A DNA stretch of 64,000 nucleotides from Spizellomyces punctatus DAOM BR117 (taxonomy: Eukaryota). How positions within the stretch are numbered: position 1 is the first letter of the stretch; every line of letters begins with the position of its first letter. This document shows positions 28,192-40,308 of this stretch, one piece after another. Below the pieces are notes generated by a model, which saw nothing but the letters and a program-made list of their open reading frames with translations, had not been told where the DNA came from and searched no databases. The stretch lies in the NCBI GenBank assembly GCA_000182565.2, contig KQ257452.1; one strand, given 5' to 3'. The position numbers and the translations under genes were made by a program.

Positions 28192-31186
28192 CTAATCGAG
28201 ACTCACTACATTATTTTGTACAAGCCAGATCCGCCAAAGCTCATCGCGCGGTTCCTCTGACACGTTTCCATCGATTGGCCCCTGCACAAAGTTGCTCAGT
28301 CAGAGATTCAATGTTCTTGTACATTTCATCATCGTCAAAGTTGCCTAAATATAACATAAGTGTTTTGCTCTTTTCAAGACCGACCTTGCTAACGTACCTC
28401 CAAGTGAAAGCGCAGCCTTGTCCGCAAATAATCCATCCAATCGATCAAACTGGATCATGTATGCTGGTGACGACGCTGCTGCACTTTTGTGGTAGCGTCG
28501 CGAAGACTCTGGCGTGACAACGAGCGTCCAGATGGAGGGTTCGAAGCTGTTGTGCAAAGATAAGATTTTCAAGTAGCAAATGTAATCAGCTACAGGTTCC
28601 GTCTTACCCCGCTACCATCCCTGTTAACGCCTTTCCAGTCTCACTCGAGAAACGCGGGAGAGCCAGTCGGTACATCACCGTCGCTGTTGGGTCAACACAA
28701 TTTGGTTCTCCCTCTTCTGAACCTCCTGCGTAATATTCGAGCGCGGCTTGCACTAACGCCCGCATCCCTTCCGTGGGCATTTGGAGGACATTTGTTTTGA
28801 CTAAGCTCCACAATTCCACGATACGGTGCAGTCGGCGCAGCCTGTTGACTTGTTCATCCAAGGGTAGGGTTGCATCCACAAATGCGTCCTACGGCATCAG
28901 ACATGTTAGATTGCTGCATTGCCACGTACAAGGAAATATGCAAGTTTACCAGTTGATCCCAGCTCGCCACATCATTTTCTACACACTAGAGTGGTCAGCA
29001 CTGCCAGCAGGGAAAATGAGCGAATGCGCTTACATACTTATCAAATGGTAGAAATAATCTCTTTTGAGCTTCCATATCCCTATCTCCACCATCAGCTCCA
29101 GTGGTTGTTCCAACCAGTAGTCAAATGTACGACTTATCGCTTCCTTTTGCTCATCGAAGTCTGGAGCCGTTTGCATCCGGACCAGCTTATAACAATCGCG
29201 AATAATCCGAGCAAAACTGGAATGATTCGCTTTATTAACCTATACCTAGTCAGCCGGTGCCATTGAAGTAGAGAAGTGTAAAAGACAATCATTACCATTG
29301 GCTGCAGACGTCCTGTTTCCAACTCTTCTATGACGGCAGTAAGTGCAATTGCGAGATCATTACGATTCATCGCTACTTCTACAACAAAAGGTGGCATCAG
29401 GCAAAGTACACAGTTTTGCTTCCCTGCCATCTTACGTTACCATGAGTAAATTTCCAAAAGCGCTCCGGGAAGTCTAGATCGGGTCGCGAGGGTAAAGCAC
29501 TAGAGGCGTCAAGATCGAACGTGGTGTTCTCGCTTTCAGCTGAGGATTCGCCCATCACAAAACCTTCATCTTTGATTTCTATTAAACCATGCAAATCTTC
29601 AGCAACAGAGATTGAGCTAGAAGTAAACGGTAGTGAAGATACACACGCTTTACCCACTCATCGACTAGATTCGATGATATCCTGGCTTCCTGGGCGTCCT
29701 CTAATTCGCATTCACTATCGGGCCAGTCATCACGGCAGCGAATGCCATCCCACTCCATTAATTTTGTTAGCTCTTTAAGCAGGGGGGCGGTAGGCAAATG
29801 ATTTTCACAATCAATTCCTCCAAAGACATTCCTGATTTTCTAGAACTACCCGTGAGCTCTAATGGAAGCAATCCTGCTGTATGGGAACTTCGATCATACC
29901 ACGGTAATGTGCCCCGAAGGCGGAGGAGAGGATAGCAGCTTTTGGACGCCTCTCCAACCCACTTCCATCACAATTGAGCTTAAGGGACTATCAACTGAGG
30001 ACTATGAGGCAGGAAGCAATGAGCGGCCCCGTCTATTCCAAGGATGTAGTTAAGAACAAACCTTAAAAAGGGTCTCGCTCAGAATGTCATATTTGGCGGA
30101 AATATGAAGATCCAATGGGTCCTGCAACGTGCGATCGTTATCGTTCTGCCACTTTTATCCACAGCCTGTCAATTGACAGATCACCCACGCATTCACGGTC
30201 CAGATTGAACTCATCATAGCAGTCCTCCAGGATGGCTTCAACAGTGGGCGGAGGTGTGCAACCCTGCTCCGCTTCCTTTGCGACCCAGCCTGAAGACGTG
30301 CATGCATATGAGGATAGCATGAAAGGAAGCTCATCTGTCACTTTGTCGTGAAACCCACCTTCGCTACTCTCAAGATGATACAATTTGTACTGAGATCCCT
30401 TCTGCAAAGGAAGGGCTTCAATCCCCAGATATCCTTTTTTAGGTGCTCCCAACTCATCAGGTTCATAATATAATATAATTATAGGAGGAAAATGCGTTGT
30501 ATTCGTAGCAGTCGACGGTTGGTGTCTACAGTACAGAGATAGCAGATATCTGATATCCTCAAGTTTTACCGCCAGATTCAGATTTGAAAAATTTCAAAGG
30601 ACACTTCCTTACGTACCTCGCGTCATCGGCAGGTATCGGCGTTGACATGTCTCTAGATGGTGGAATTTGCCACTCACACGTGGCGGATGATTCGGAATGA
30701 AAACCACTGAGATACGATGTCCTCTCAGTATGTCGCGGTCCAACATCCAAACAGTCAACACGCGTCAGGGGTAATGCGACGACCTAAACAAGAGAACAGT
30801 GAGTACCAAAGTAAGGACCACAGTATCACGTCATCTCAGTAATCAAGCAACCTTTGTATCTTCATTGAACGGCTCGCGGCGCTTCGTTGCGAGGAAGAAC
30901 GGCTTCGGTCCAAAAGCGTCGCATAATGGATGTGATATGCCAGGACGAATATGCCATATCCAATTATCTTCAAAGGCAAGTCCATGTAATACCTAGCGGT
31001 GATGTTTACGGGTGGGTGTGCTAGTGAGTCTACTGAAAAGGCGAGACTGAATTCCCACGCGGCGAACCATACCTCTGGCTGATCCCCTGCCATTTGCTGA
31101 CAAGATGCCAAAATGTCCCAGAGCCTCGACACGTCCTGATCCAAGGACTCTTCCACATGGGTTGATGTCAATTCCGCAGAGAGCAT
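28192..31186 (-). CDS. ZWILCH: Zwilch, RZZ kinetochore-corona subunit (multi-exon; start approximate)
   Basis: C-terminal exons read RPDLDFPERFW...LETGRLQPMV...PLELMVEIGIWKLKRDY...ASWDQL..FVDATLPLDEQVNRLRRLHRIVEL...AALEYY. This parallels the animal Zwilch C-terminus as I recall it (DLDFAEQLW...IQPWL...LLEIGLDKLKKDY...EQVYRVQKLHHILE). Confidence 0.75.
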
Positions 31187-31458
31187 GTTGGAAATGAAGC
31201 GAGGTAAATGGTCCTAGATGCCAGCGATCGTCGTACTGTGGCAAGAGCCCAACCCCGACCTCATTCCATCCGGAGCCAATGCAGCCATGTGATATGTTGT
31301 CATGGTAATAAATGAGACAACTTTTCGAAAGCAACACAAAGAGAATCCCTTTAAGTAGTAGAACTTGTAGCTTTGTACTTTCGGGGCCTACTTTCCTCCT
31401 TGTGCCCATAACGTAACCCAGCGAGGACTTCAAGCTCCGAACATCGCGCGCTCGAGAC

Positions 31459-32754
31459 ATGGTGGAGTCCCCGCGACCTGCTCTGTCCTTTGTTCAAATG
31501 ATGACGGCTCCTCTTGGTCCCAACCAAAATAGAGAAACAGGCAGTGAGGCTAATGGGCAGCCCGAGTCGCCCGTGCCGCCATCTAATGGCAGCCGACCGT
31601 TTTCACCAGTTTTACTCAGCGAACCTTACTCGGGGCTGGAAGCCGAAACCAGTAATAAAGAGTTGGAAAAGCCTCTCGCTGAGCAAGAACCCACAAAGCA
31701 ACTGCCAAGCATTCATTCCGTTCATCCCGGGCCGCATCGTCTTCCTCCTGTACCACAAAGTCACTACTTTTCTCCAACCCCTAGTTTTGGCTCCCTACCA
31801 GCACTTCTCCCACCTCCAGCAGGATCGCAACAACACTATCCAGCACCACAATACCAGCGACAAGCTTTTGAGCGATCGCCTTTTCCCATCTCTGCGTATC
31901 CCGGATATGGACCGGCCTACCTTCCTTCATTTTCCCCGCAGTATGCTCCGTCTACAGCCAAGGCTGAACAGTCGTCAGAGCAGCAAGAGAATGGCATGAG
32001 GCAATCAGATAGACAACTACATCCAGCACCAGCCTCTGTGTCGGGACAGACCCTTGCGACGCCACCGCTCGAAGCTCAGGCGCAAGAACGACGAGATCAC
32101 GACGATCCCCTCGGACCAACACCACATACTAATTCATGGGATCGATTATCTGAACACCCGCCTTACCTTGCTCCTCAATCAGCACACTATTCCACTCGCC
32201 CCGAATTTGCAGCATCCGGAAATCCAACCTATGTTTATCCGCCTACCGTGGATCCCCGGTCAACACCATATGCATCACCCATGTTCTTGTCCGCTCAAGA
32301 ACGCTCGTCACCCGCCATCGCCGCCCCAGCTGCCGAAAGTACCTCTGGCACGGCGGTACCTGCATACCTATACCCCCCTTTTCCAGCGTCATCCACAGAA
32401 ACCCGTTACTACACAGCGCAGGACTTTAAGAATGCCATCATTAGTCGAACCTTTGATAAGAAAGAAGTCGCTCTGGATTTTATCAAAGAAGAGGCGCAAA
32501 AGTTTGGTTTTTCCGTATTGGTACGAACAAGTAAGCCCGATTACGTGGTCGTGATATGCAATTGCGGCAGGAGATTGAAGAAATTGCAAACCGAGAGGAA
32601 GAGAAATCGGCGCTTTAAGACGGCAATGACCGGTTGTGAATGGCGTATTGTTCTGTTCCGAAACCGGAATATAGGGGGAGGTTATGAATTTCGGGCAACA
32701 CCAAAGATGGAGCACAATCATCCTCTGCCGGTGATACCGCCCTCTTCAGTTTGA
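31459..32754 (+). CDS. Pro-rich protein with C-terminal FAR1/AFT (WRKY-GCM1 fold) zinc DNA-binding domain; putative transcription factor
   Basis: Single exon, 431 aa. C-terminal AQKFGFSVLVRTS...ICNCG...TGCEWRI...HNH gives the C..C..HxH pattern of FAR1/Aft1/MULE-derived domains. Confidence 0.75.
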   Translation: MVESPRPALSFVQMMTAPLGPNQNRETGSEANGQPESPVPPSNGSRPFSPVLLSEPYSGLEAETSNKELEKPLAEQEPTKQLPSIHSVHPGPHRLPPVPQSHYFSPTPSFGSLPALLPPPAGSQQHYPAPQYQRQAFERSPFPISAYPGYGPAYLPSFSPQYAPSTAKAEQSSEQQENGMRQSDRQLHPAPASVSGQTLATPPLEAQAQERRDHDDPLGPTPHTNSWDRLSEHPPYLAPQSAHYSTRPEFAASGNPTYVYPPTVDPRSTPYASPMFLSAQERSSPAIAAPAAESTSGTAVPAYLYPPFPASSTETRYYTAQDFKNAIISRTFDKKEVALDFIKEEAQKFGFSVLVRTSKPDYVVVICNCGRRLKKLQTERKRNRRFKTAMTGCEWRIVLFRNRNIGGGYEFRATPKMEHNHPLPVIPPSSV

Positions 32755-33163
32755 AATGCCTTTGATAGAGTGGACATAGCATAGTCTCTTGCTTTTTCTT
32801 ATCGATTGTTGGCGTTATTCAGACCTATTTTTCTTTTTCTGTATATCCTTTGCGTCAAGTATGGTTTCATTCATATACAATAGAGTTTAGTCGACAAGTT
32901 TGATAAAGTCAACCGAGTTAGCTTTCTATGAGATATATTTAGTTATTTTCCCTTCCAACACTGCATGGCCCAGCTACCTGCTCGTCACCATCCCATTAAA
33001 CAAAAAACCCCGTACAGCAAAAGAATGCTCCAGGCATCCAAAAATGATATGAGGTCGGATTATTGCCATCACCGGCGCCTTCAATCCTCATCAAGATCGC
33101 TTTCACCAATCAAGTAAATGAGGAATAAACGGGAGCCCTTCTCATTCAACAACACTGCTTAGC

Positions 33164-34032
33164 CTACAAATCCTCCAGACCTTTCAACGTCGAGTCAAGC
33201 TCCTGCTTAACGACATTGTATTTTTGGGTCATGTCATCCAGTCGCTTTTCGAGGTCGGACTTTTCGGCATCAAGTTGTTTTGCTTTGCGTTCAGCCTGTT
33301 CTACACTGAGTTCCAAGCCACGGGATCTGCGACAGAGAGATTAATATAGCTGTTACAGACTCGATGTCGTAAGCTACGTACTTTTCGGTAGCATCTCGCA
33401 AGTCTCGTCCCTTGTCTTCCAATTGCTGCTCCAGCATTTGGACCTTACGTTGGAGGGTTTCCACTTGGGATTCCTCCTTGTCGCCTTCCACCTTCTTGAG
33501 TTTAACCTTTGCGCAAAGAAATTAAGGATCCAGTTAGCATACAGTGCTTTATGGCCATCCACATCAGGCGGCGGGAGTACAGGACAGATAAGTGGCCAAA
33601 TGTTGGTGTACCTCCTCGACTCGCTTCTCAGTACGATCCAAGTTCTCTTGAAGAAGGGTGACTTTGTTGTTGAGACTCTGCACTTCGGTTTCCCGCTTTG
33701 CAAGTTCTTCCTTGAGCTGCCTGACTTCGGCTTCCGCCTTTTCAGCTCGTGAGTGATGGGACTCCGACTCGATGCGGAGCTTTTCGAGTTTCTACGCGAG
33801 ATAAGAGTACCAGGTTAACTACAATGTTCTGCTAAAGCATATGTGACCATGAATTTCATAGTCTGCCCCGCTGCCCAAGCAAACTCGTTTCAGATCTCCC
33901 ACACGCCAATGGGACTTGAGAATCCTATGGCCATCGCATCCAAGAAAAAGCGCGTCGTGCTTCCCAGGCAGCCACTCGGCCCCAGTTTGAATGCTACACG
34001 TATACAAGACGTACCTCCTTAATCTTGTCCAT
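33164..34032 (-). CDS. Tropomyosin (fungal Tpm/Cdc8 type)
   Basis: Four exons: MDKIKE-KLEKLRIESE...RAEKAEAE...LQRKVQMLEQQLE...ERKAKQLDAE...KQELDSTLKGLEDL*; continuous heptad coiled coil. Confidence 0.92.
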
Positions 34033-34821
34033 TGTGAATGACTAACGAGGGGGAGTAGCGGGGAGAACCGTGTAAATAAAAAACAAAAAGATGGACTTGT
34101 GAGGATGATTTGAAGAAGAAAGCAAACCGAACCGTGTTCTTTTAGCATGCATTTGTTATTCCACGCCCAAAAGCGGCAGCCACGGACCGACATGTGGCAC
34201 GGTGACTTTCAGAATATGATATTGGGGCAGAGATGGCTTGCATCATCACTGAATGGAAAATCGTTGAAAGACAAAATAAGCGGGAGAGCAGATGATCAGG
34301 CACCATTACCCGCAGGGAGACACTAGAAGCATGCTCCAGAAGTGAGGGCATCGGAAGGAACTCGTTGCGAGAAGCTTATAGAGAGAATTTGGATCCTGAT
34401 GTCTGCTTCCAGACCACCAATGCATTGGCTGTCAACTTGCCGAGGAATGGCAATTCACCGAGGGTTTTTCTATTTCCTCCAGCCTTTTCACATGGTGGAA
34501 TAGGGTTGTGTTTATGTATATTCGATTCTTCTGCTAAATTGCCAGCATAACTGCAAAGAGGCAACAAGCTTCCAAACCTGGGCTCTCTGCCAAGAATGCA
34601 ATTGTTCAAATTCAACACTGTGTAGTTCCAAAATCCGGTGTCGAAGAAGTCTTCACAGTGTTTTCGCTGTTGGACTTCTCCGCGATACTTGGATTCTGTA
34701 TGGCATGTGTTCTGTCTTACACGTTTGCGAACACGTAATAAGACCAGCCGTTGTCGAGGCAACCAGTCTGAATCAGTCCTTGAATCAGCAATAGAGATCA
34801 TGCCGTGGTAACATCAGGACC

Positions 34822-35811
34822 ATGGCAGTGTACTATGTTATAGGGATCACTGTTCCTGACCTTGCGGATCAAGAGATATGGAAGGTTCCGGTACTCGATC
34901 TCAACAATGCTGGAATACAAGTTCATTCCGAGAAAGTCCATGATGGCGTTCTACTCCTGGAATGCTCAACAGAAGACCATAATGAGACTCACCTGCTGGG
35001 AGCTCTCCAATCGATACCTGCCGTCTCAGATGTGGAGATTTACGTCTCGGCTCCTTGTCGAATACCTATCAAAAAGTGGGAGCTCGCGTCGCTGGACTTG
35101 GGAGCTGCAGGTCAAGAACTATTTGCGGAGACGGGGCTAGGGATATATCGGAGAGGGATATCAAAGGAGCAGTTGATAGCGCTTGAGGAAATTTGCAATA
35201 GTCGCATTGCGGATGCGCATTCGCGGCTACAATCCCATCACGATATTGACGTTGGTTCACAACAGTTTGCATTTAAAGAATTGGGAAGTCGAGGAAAACA
35301 AAGATTTGATTTGATTCTACCCGAAAACAATGCTGCCATTGGACAAGTTGTTCAATCGGGGCCTTGGGTTCCGCTAATACGCAAGGTACTGAACCTTACG
35401 GACACCGCAACCCCTCTTCCATGTTTGGTCAGCGTCGTATATTCCCTACCGGGGGCTGATATCCAAAGTTGGCACGCTGATGGCCCTCCGTCGAGGCCAC
35501 CATCACGTCCTTACGCCGTTTGCGTCTTCTTACCGCTTATTGACCTTACCTGTGAAACCGGCTTCACTCAGTTCTGGCCAGGTTCTCATAAGGATGCCGG
35601 TTTGCTTGGTTTTGGGCCCGCTGCTGAAGTCTGTGGGGCGACCGTCGACGGAATGGTCAGCAAAGGTGATGCTGTGATATACGACTACGGGCTTCTTCAT
35701 AGAGGAATGGGAAATACCAGTAATTTGCGGAGACCTGTGGTTCAAATGGTCTATCATGTGCCTGGCTGGCAAGACAGGAAGAATTACGGACGAGAAAGTT
35801 TGTTTTCTTAG
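34822..35811 (+). CDS. PhyH-family 2-oxoglutarate/Fe(II) dioxygenase
   Basis: QSWHADG (HxD), G.TQFWPGSHK, GDAVIYDYGLLHRG..N.S..RRP. Single exon. Confidence 0.85.
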   Translation: MAVYYVIGITVPDLADQEIWKVPVLDLNNAGIQVHSEKVHDGVLLLECSTEDHNETHLLGALQSIPAVSDVEIYVSAPCRIPIKKWELASLDLGAAGQELFAETGLGIYRRGISKEQLIALEEICNSRIADAHSRLQSHHDIDVGSQQFAFKELGSRGKQRFDLILPENNAAIGQVVQSGPWVPLIRKVLNLTDTATPLPCLVSVVYSLPGADIQSWHADGPPSRPPSRPYAVCVFLPLIDLTCETGFTQFWPGSHKDAGLLGFGPAAEVCGATVDGMVSKGDAVIYDYGLLHRGMGNTSNLRRPVVQMVYHVPGWQDRKNYGRESLFS

Positions 35812-36372
35812 AAAGGGCCACGAATCGATTGCTTTCTCTGCAGCGCGAATGCTCTCTTTCAGGCGGAACATGTGGTTTCCTATGATAGAACCAAACATTT
35901 GGACACTGGCAGTGGCCTCCCCAACACAACAAGGCAAGCTACGCACGTCACAATAATGCAAAGCTGAACGATCGCGCATAGAAGAAATAGAGATGAATAT
36001 ACATGTTTCAGTACCATCTCCTTCAAAACGAGTGGTTACTGGTCCTGTTAAATATCTGTGGCGATATTTGCCAAGCTGCAAGTTTTGTTATTATGTGGGT
36101 AGGATGCTTCTGATACCCAAGGTTTTTGGCTCTCGTAGGGATGATCCCTACCCTTAGACAAGCGCGGGAAATTCTAGATCAGGATGAATCCTCTTTCAAT
36201 TGCAGCTTATTATCAGATTGGAAGATTAGAATTGTGGCAATATATTACGTAGAACTAAAATAATATCCGTGCATTCTGTGGTCCCAAACATTTGCACAAA
36301 GTCTAATTTCACTTTCAAGCGCATGTACCAATGCCACATGCGCCAAAGTACTCCCCTCGGGCTCCAGAGGTC

Positions 36373-37514
36373 TCAAGCAGCCGTGTCTCCCGACTTTTTC
36401 GTGTCAGCAGACTTGTGCGCATCGCCGCTTTTCCCTCGTGGACCAGTCCCCTTCCCCTTATCAAACCCGCTAAGCACTTGAACAATAGTGTACAAGTATA
36501 CCAAATTCGACGCATAGTATAGTCGAATAAAAAGTTGACCCAGCACGAGAGAAATGGTTGTATACAAGGCTACAATGACTCCGACCAGTACGATGCCCAG
36601 GAGGAACGAAAGACCGATGAAAAATACCAAAATTCGGGTTGCATTCTTTTGGACGGGCTGATGGTCGCATGGAGGTCTCGCCATAGCTTGCTGATCAAGT
36701 AGATGGATACTCCAGAGATGATCGAGTCAGTGAATAAGATCCAAACGACCACTGGCGCAGTGCCGTAACTATAAAAGATATAAGTATAGAAGATAAGGAG
36801 ATATACCGGGTAATCTAGGGAACCAAGAGCCTATGGAATCTGGTACGCACCTGAACGATGATCCATATACAATATATTTTGAAATTGCGAGCTGATTGTA
36901 CATCTCAACCGGGAGTAGGTCAATAATTATTGTCATAATCACGCCGATCAACCAAATAATCATGCTGAGGATCTGCAACCGTAGACAAATCGGCTCGTTG
37001 TACCATCTCCTTGTCATGGATCTGAACGACAAAAACCGTTGCATTGCAAGAACGGTGTTGAATATGCCGCCGGTGATGTTGAATATCAAGGCTAGTTTTC
37101 CACCCTGTCTCCAACTAGTGGTGCAATTACATTGAACAGGTAAGCTGCTTGCTGTGAGGAAGAAGATGTCGGAGAGACTAAACCAAACGCGGTAAGTTAT
37201 GATGTTTTTCTCATTCCAGAGTTGAAAAGATTAGCCTACCCGAGAGAAATCCAGCAGATGACAAGCAGCATATTGAAGATGGTGCGCTTCCTGTTCCAGC
37301 TGGCAATGATAACTCAAGTTAAACAATTGTCTGACATGCCAGAGAGTGAACCACATCATCCAAGTGGGATCACGATGGATACCTACCTCCATACCGTAAA
37401 TGCTATAATCGCCAAAGTGAATGCCAAGGAAACAGTGGATACGCCAACGGCTGTATACTGGGAGGAACCTCTTGGCTCATCAGCAGCGTATTTCTCGGCG
37501 TCGTTGGTGCCCAT
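36373..37514 (-). CDS. About 7-TM GPCR-like membrane protein, with an apparent 1-nt frameshift near 36667
   Basis: Exons encode successive TM helices (VSTVSLAFTLAIIAF; TIFNMLLVICWIS; NTVLAMQRF...; VVWILFTDSIIS; ILVFFIGLSFLLG). The last two segments lie in different frames with no intron between them. Confidence 0.6.
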
Positions 37515-38074
37515 ATGGATACAGTTTCGCGCCTTTCAGTGCAGTGTCTCAGTGTCCCGTCTAGTGTGGGGGTTTGTCAGGAACGTGGAGGCACCCTGGG
37601 GTGCCATTTTAAGGTGAAGATTAACTTGAATCACACATTTCAAACAATGGCCAGCTGAAAGGGGTCAAAGATAGGGTCATGTCGCGATGAATACAAATAC
37701 CGAGCTTTAAATGGTAATCCGCTGAGGGGTTCTAGGAGCAAGAGACTAATCTGAAGGGTACAAGCCGTATTTCAACCCTTGCAAAAGGTGTTCTGCTACT
37801 CTGTTTACGTACGGTTTTGTTGGGGGGGCGCTCAAAAACAAATACAACTCTGATCCCCCAACAGCACTGTGTGTACGCGTGACTAAGCCACTACTTACTA
37901 AGCATTTTCGGACATGAAAGTTTTTGGAAATTTACATGCAAAATTTGAAACTTCTTTTCCCAGACAAAAGCCACGCTCTCGTTGCCCCCCCTTTATATAA
38001 AGAAGCGTTTGCCGTCTTTTCCCGTCGCCCATCTTTGACTTTTTTTCCTTCCACTCGATAACCACCCGTCAAGC

Positions 38075-38651
38075 ATGAAATCAATCGTTGCGTCAACTGC
38101 GCTCCTCGCCCTTGGTGCTATTGCTGGAGTGCAGGCACAAAACTCTTCCAGCGTCTGCGCAGCTCCGTTGCCATTCGAGGAGGTCGGTGGTGCTATGTCA
38201 TTGCGCGCGTTTTCAGGGCTGCGCATTTAACATGAAGTGTTTCCTTTCTTACTAGTGCTTGAACAAGACTAATCAACTCGCCGCTACGTGCAGCACTGAT
38301 CTTGCGTGCCAGTGTCGGACCTCCAACGTTTACGTGTTTTGCTACGTCAACTTTTGTGGCGGAGTTGGTTCCTCTCACCCGGACTACCCAGCAGCGACAT
38401 GCAAACGTAACCAGGTCTGCGCACAGACTTCTCAAAATATAACTCAACCGGGATGGTCAGGCTCTTGCAGCAATATTCCTACCAACGGAAATGGAACTAC
38501 AAACCCCGGAAATGGTACAACCGGTAACAACACTGGGAACGGAAACAACAACAGCACGAGCGGCAAATCTAGCAGCGCAGCCGTGTTTACGCGGGTGGGT
38601 CTTAGTGGATTTGTGGTCGCCGCTGTGGCTGGATCAGTCTTTTTGCTCTGA
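38075..38651 (+). CDS. Small secreted Cys-rich, probably GPI-anchored surface protein (CFEM-like)
   Basis: Signal peptide MKSIVASTALLALGAIAGVQA, Cys-rich domain, Asn/Gly/Thr linker and hydrophobic C-terminus after SSSAA. One intron; TATATAA at ~37994. Confidence 0.8.
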
Positions 38652-38977
38652 GTTTCACCTCTAGCGTGAGAGAATAACCTTGAATTAGAGTGCTTAAACT
38701 TATCTACGTAGTCTGTCTGTTTTTGTATTTACATAGTATCATAGTTGTCCAATTGCAAATAAAGTCATGGCATATACAGTACCATCATAAGATCCTGATG
38801 CGGATGGATTCGCCTTTATTCATTGACCTGAAATAACAGCAGTACGTTGTGTTTGCTCATAAAACAAGCTATCTGTACATCTTTGGAGGTAATTAATACT
38901 AAAAAACATAAGGACGCCAACTGCTACACATGAAATACAACTACAAAATATTGGGTGACAAATTGTGTACATGTGGT

Positions 38978-40021
38978 TTAAAGTCCAGTGTATCTCCCAC
39001 TCCCTCCACTAAACACGCCGCGAAGTCGGCCTACAAGCGATGATCTCGGCTCAACCCTACAGTCAAGAGACATCAAAACAGGCAATCAATAACTGGTAGC
39101 CGATAAATACTCGTCAATCGGAACATACCCTATATCATCCGTTGTCGGAAGGGAAACTGAAGAGGGAGTAGGAACAAATGCCTCCCATGTCTCCAGCCAT
39201 CGAAGCGCTCGACTTGTTTCAATATAAACGAGCGCTTGGTCTGGGATAAAGAAGAATTTTAGGGCACCAATATGATCTACATGGAAGGCACAAGAATAGT
39301 GAGATCCAATGCGGCTTCCGTCAGAAGAGGTTCATTTGAGAACGTACATAATATCCCTCCCAGAATTCCAGCCAAGTTGTAAAAGAATGGGGATGCCGTA
39401 AAGAATAGTTTTGAGAGCACAAGTAATATCCAAGGGTATATGGCACCTGGAAGTGGAACACCAAATATTCTGCAAACCCGCGCAGATGAGTATCTCGAAA
39501 GTCTGTCAATCAGCAAACTGCAACGCGACATTCACTCACCTTCGTGTTTTGAACACACCGACCTTTTGATTAGCTTCGACGGTCATCAAGGCATACATCA
39601 AACCATTCAGTCCCCCAATACACCAATCGACCTTGATCCCAACCGCCCAAAATGGTATCACCACAAGTACATAAAGCAGCCCCGTAACAATCCCAACAAT
39701 GACGACAAAATTCATGGAATGCAGGGTTCCTCGCTGCGTCTCCAACATTTTATTCAACGGCGGAAAAAACAGCAGGTTGAGAAGGAGGGTAACAATGGAT
39801 GAATGAAGAAAGGGTACGGTAAGGAGATGGTAAATGTTTGAAAGCGGGGACGATAGAATGAGGTTAGGACAGAGTCCAACGTCAGGAGATCCTCTTGCGA
39901 CGTTGACAATGGAGAGTGTGACGCAAGTCAACACTGTAACTGCACTGCTTAGGGGAAGTGAGAGGTACCATTTCTTGATAAACTTTAGCGTTTCTATAGA
40001 GTAATAGCCGACCGCGGACAT
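38978..40021 (-). CDS. Rhomboid-superfamily membrane protein, likely catalytically inactive
   Basis: IYHLLTVPFLHSSIVTLLLN, LE...GT, CIGGLNG, IFGVPLPGAIYPWILL, FFYNLAGILGG. Rhomboid fold, but Asn occupies both the catalytic Ser and His positions. Confidence 0.7.
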
Positions 40022-40308
40022 GATGATCTAGTGCACGATGCGGACGCAGAGGAACCTTGGGTCGGTGGCCTCTTGTTGACGTGGCCATGTGGCTTAGAGT
40101 GAGGCTTATCCCCCATTTCGCAGTTCAATATCCACACACGATATTTGGAACAAACTATAGTATTAAAATCTAAGACATGATAAAGACAACATACATGACA
40201 TAATAGGTATTGAGATAATTTACAGTACAATATGAACGCAATGACATATCAATTTGGGGTATCCAACCTTCGCACAAATAAAAAGTTCATCCAGCATCAT
40301 GGGGTTCC

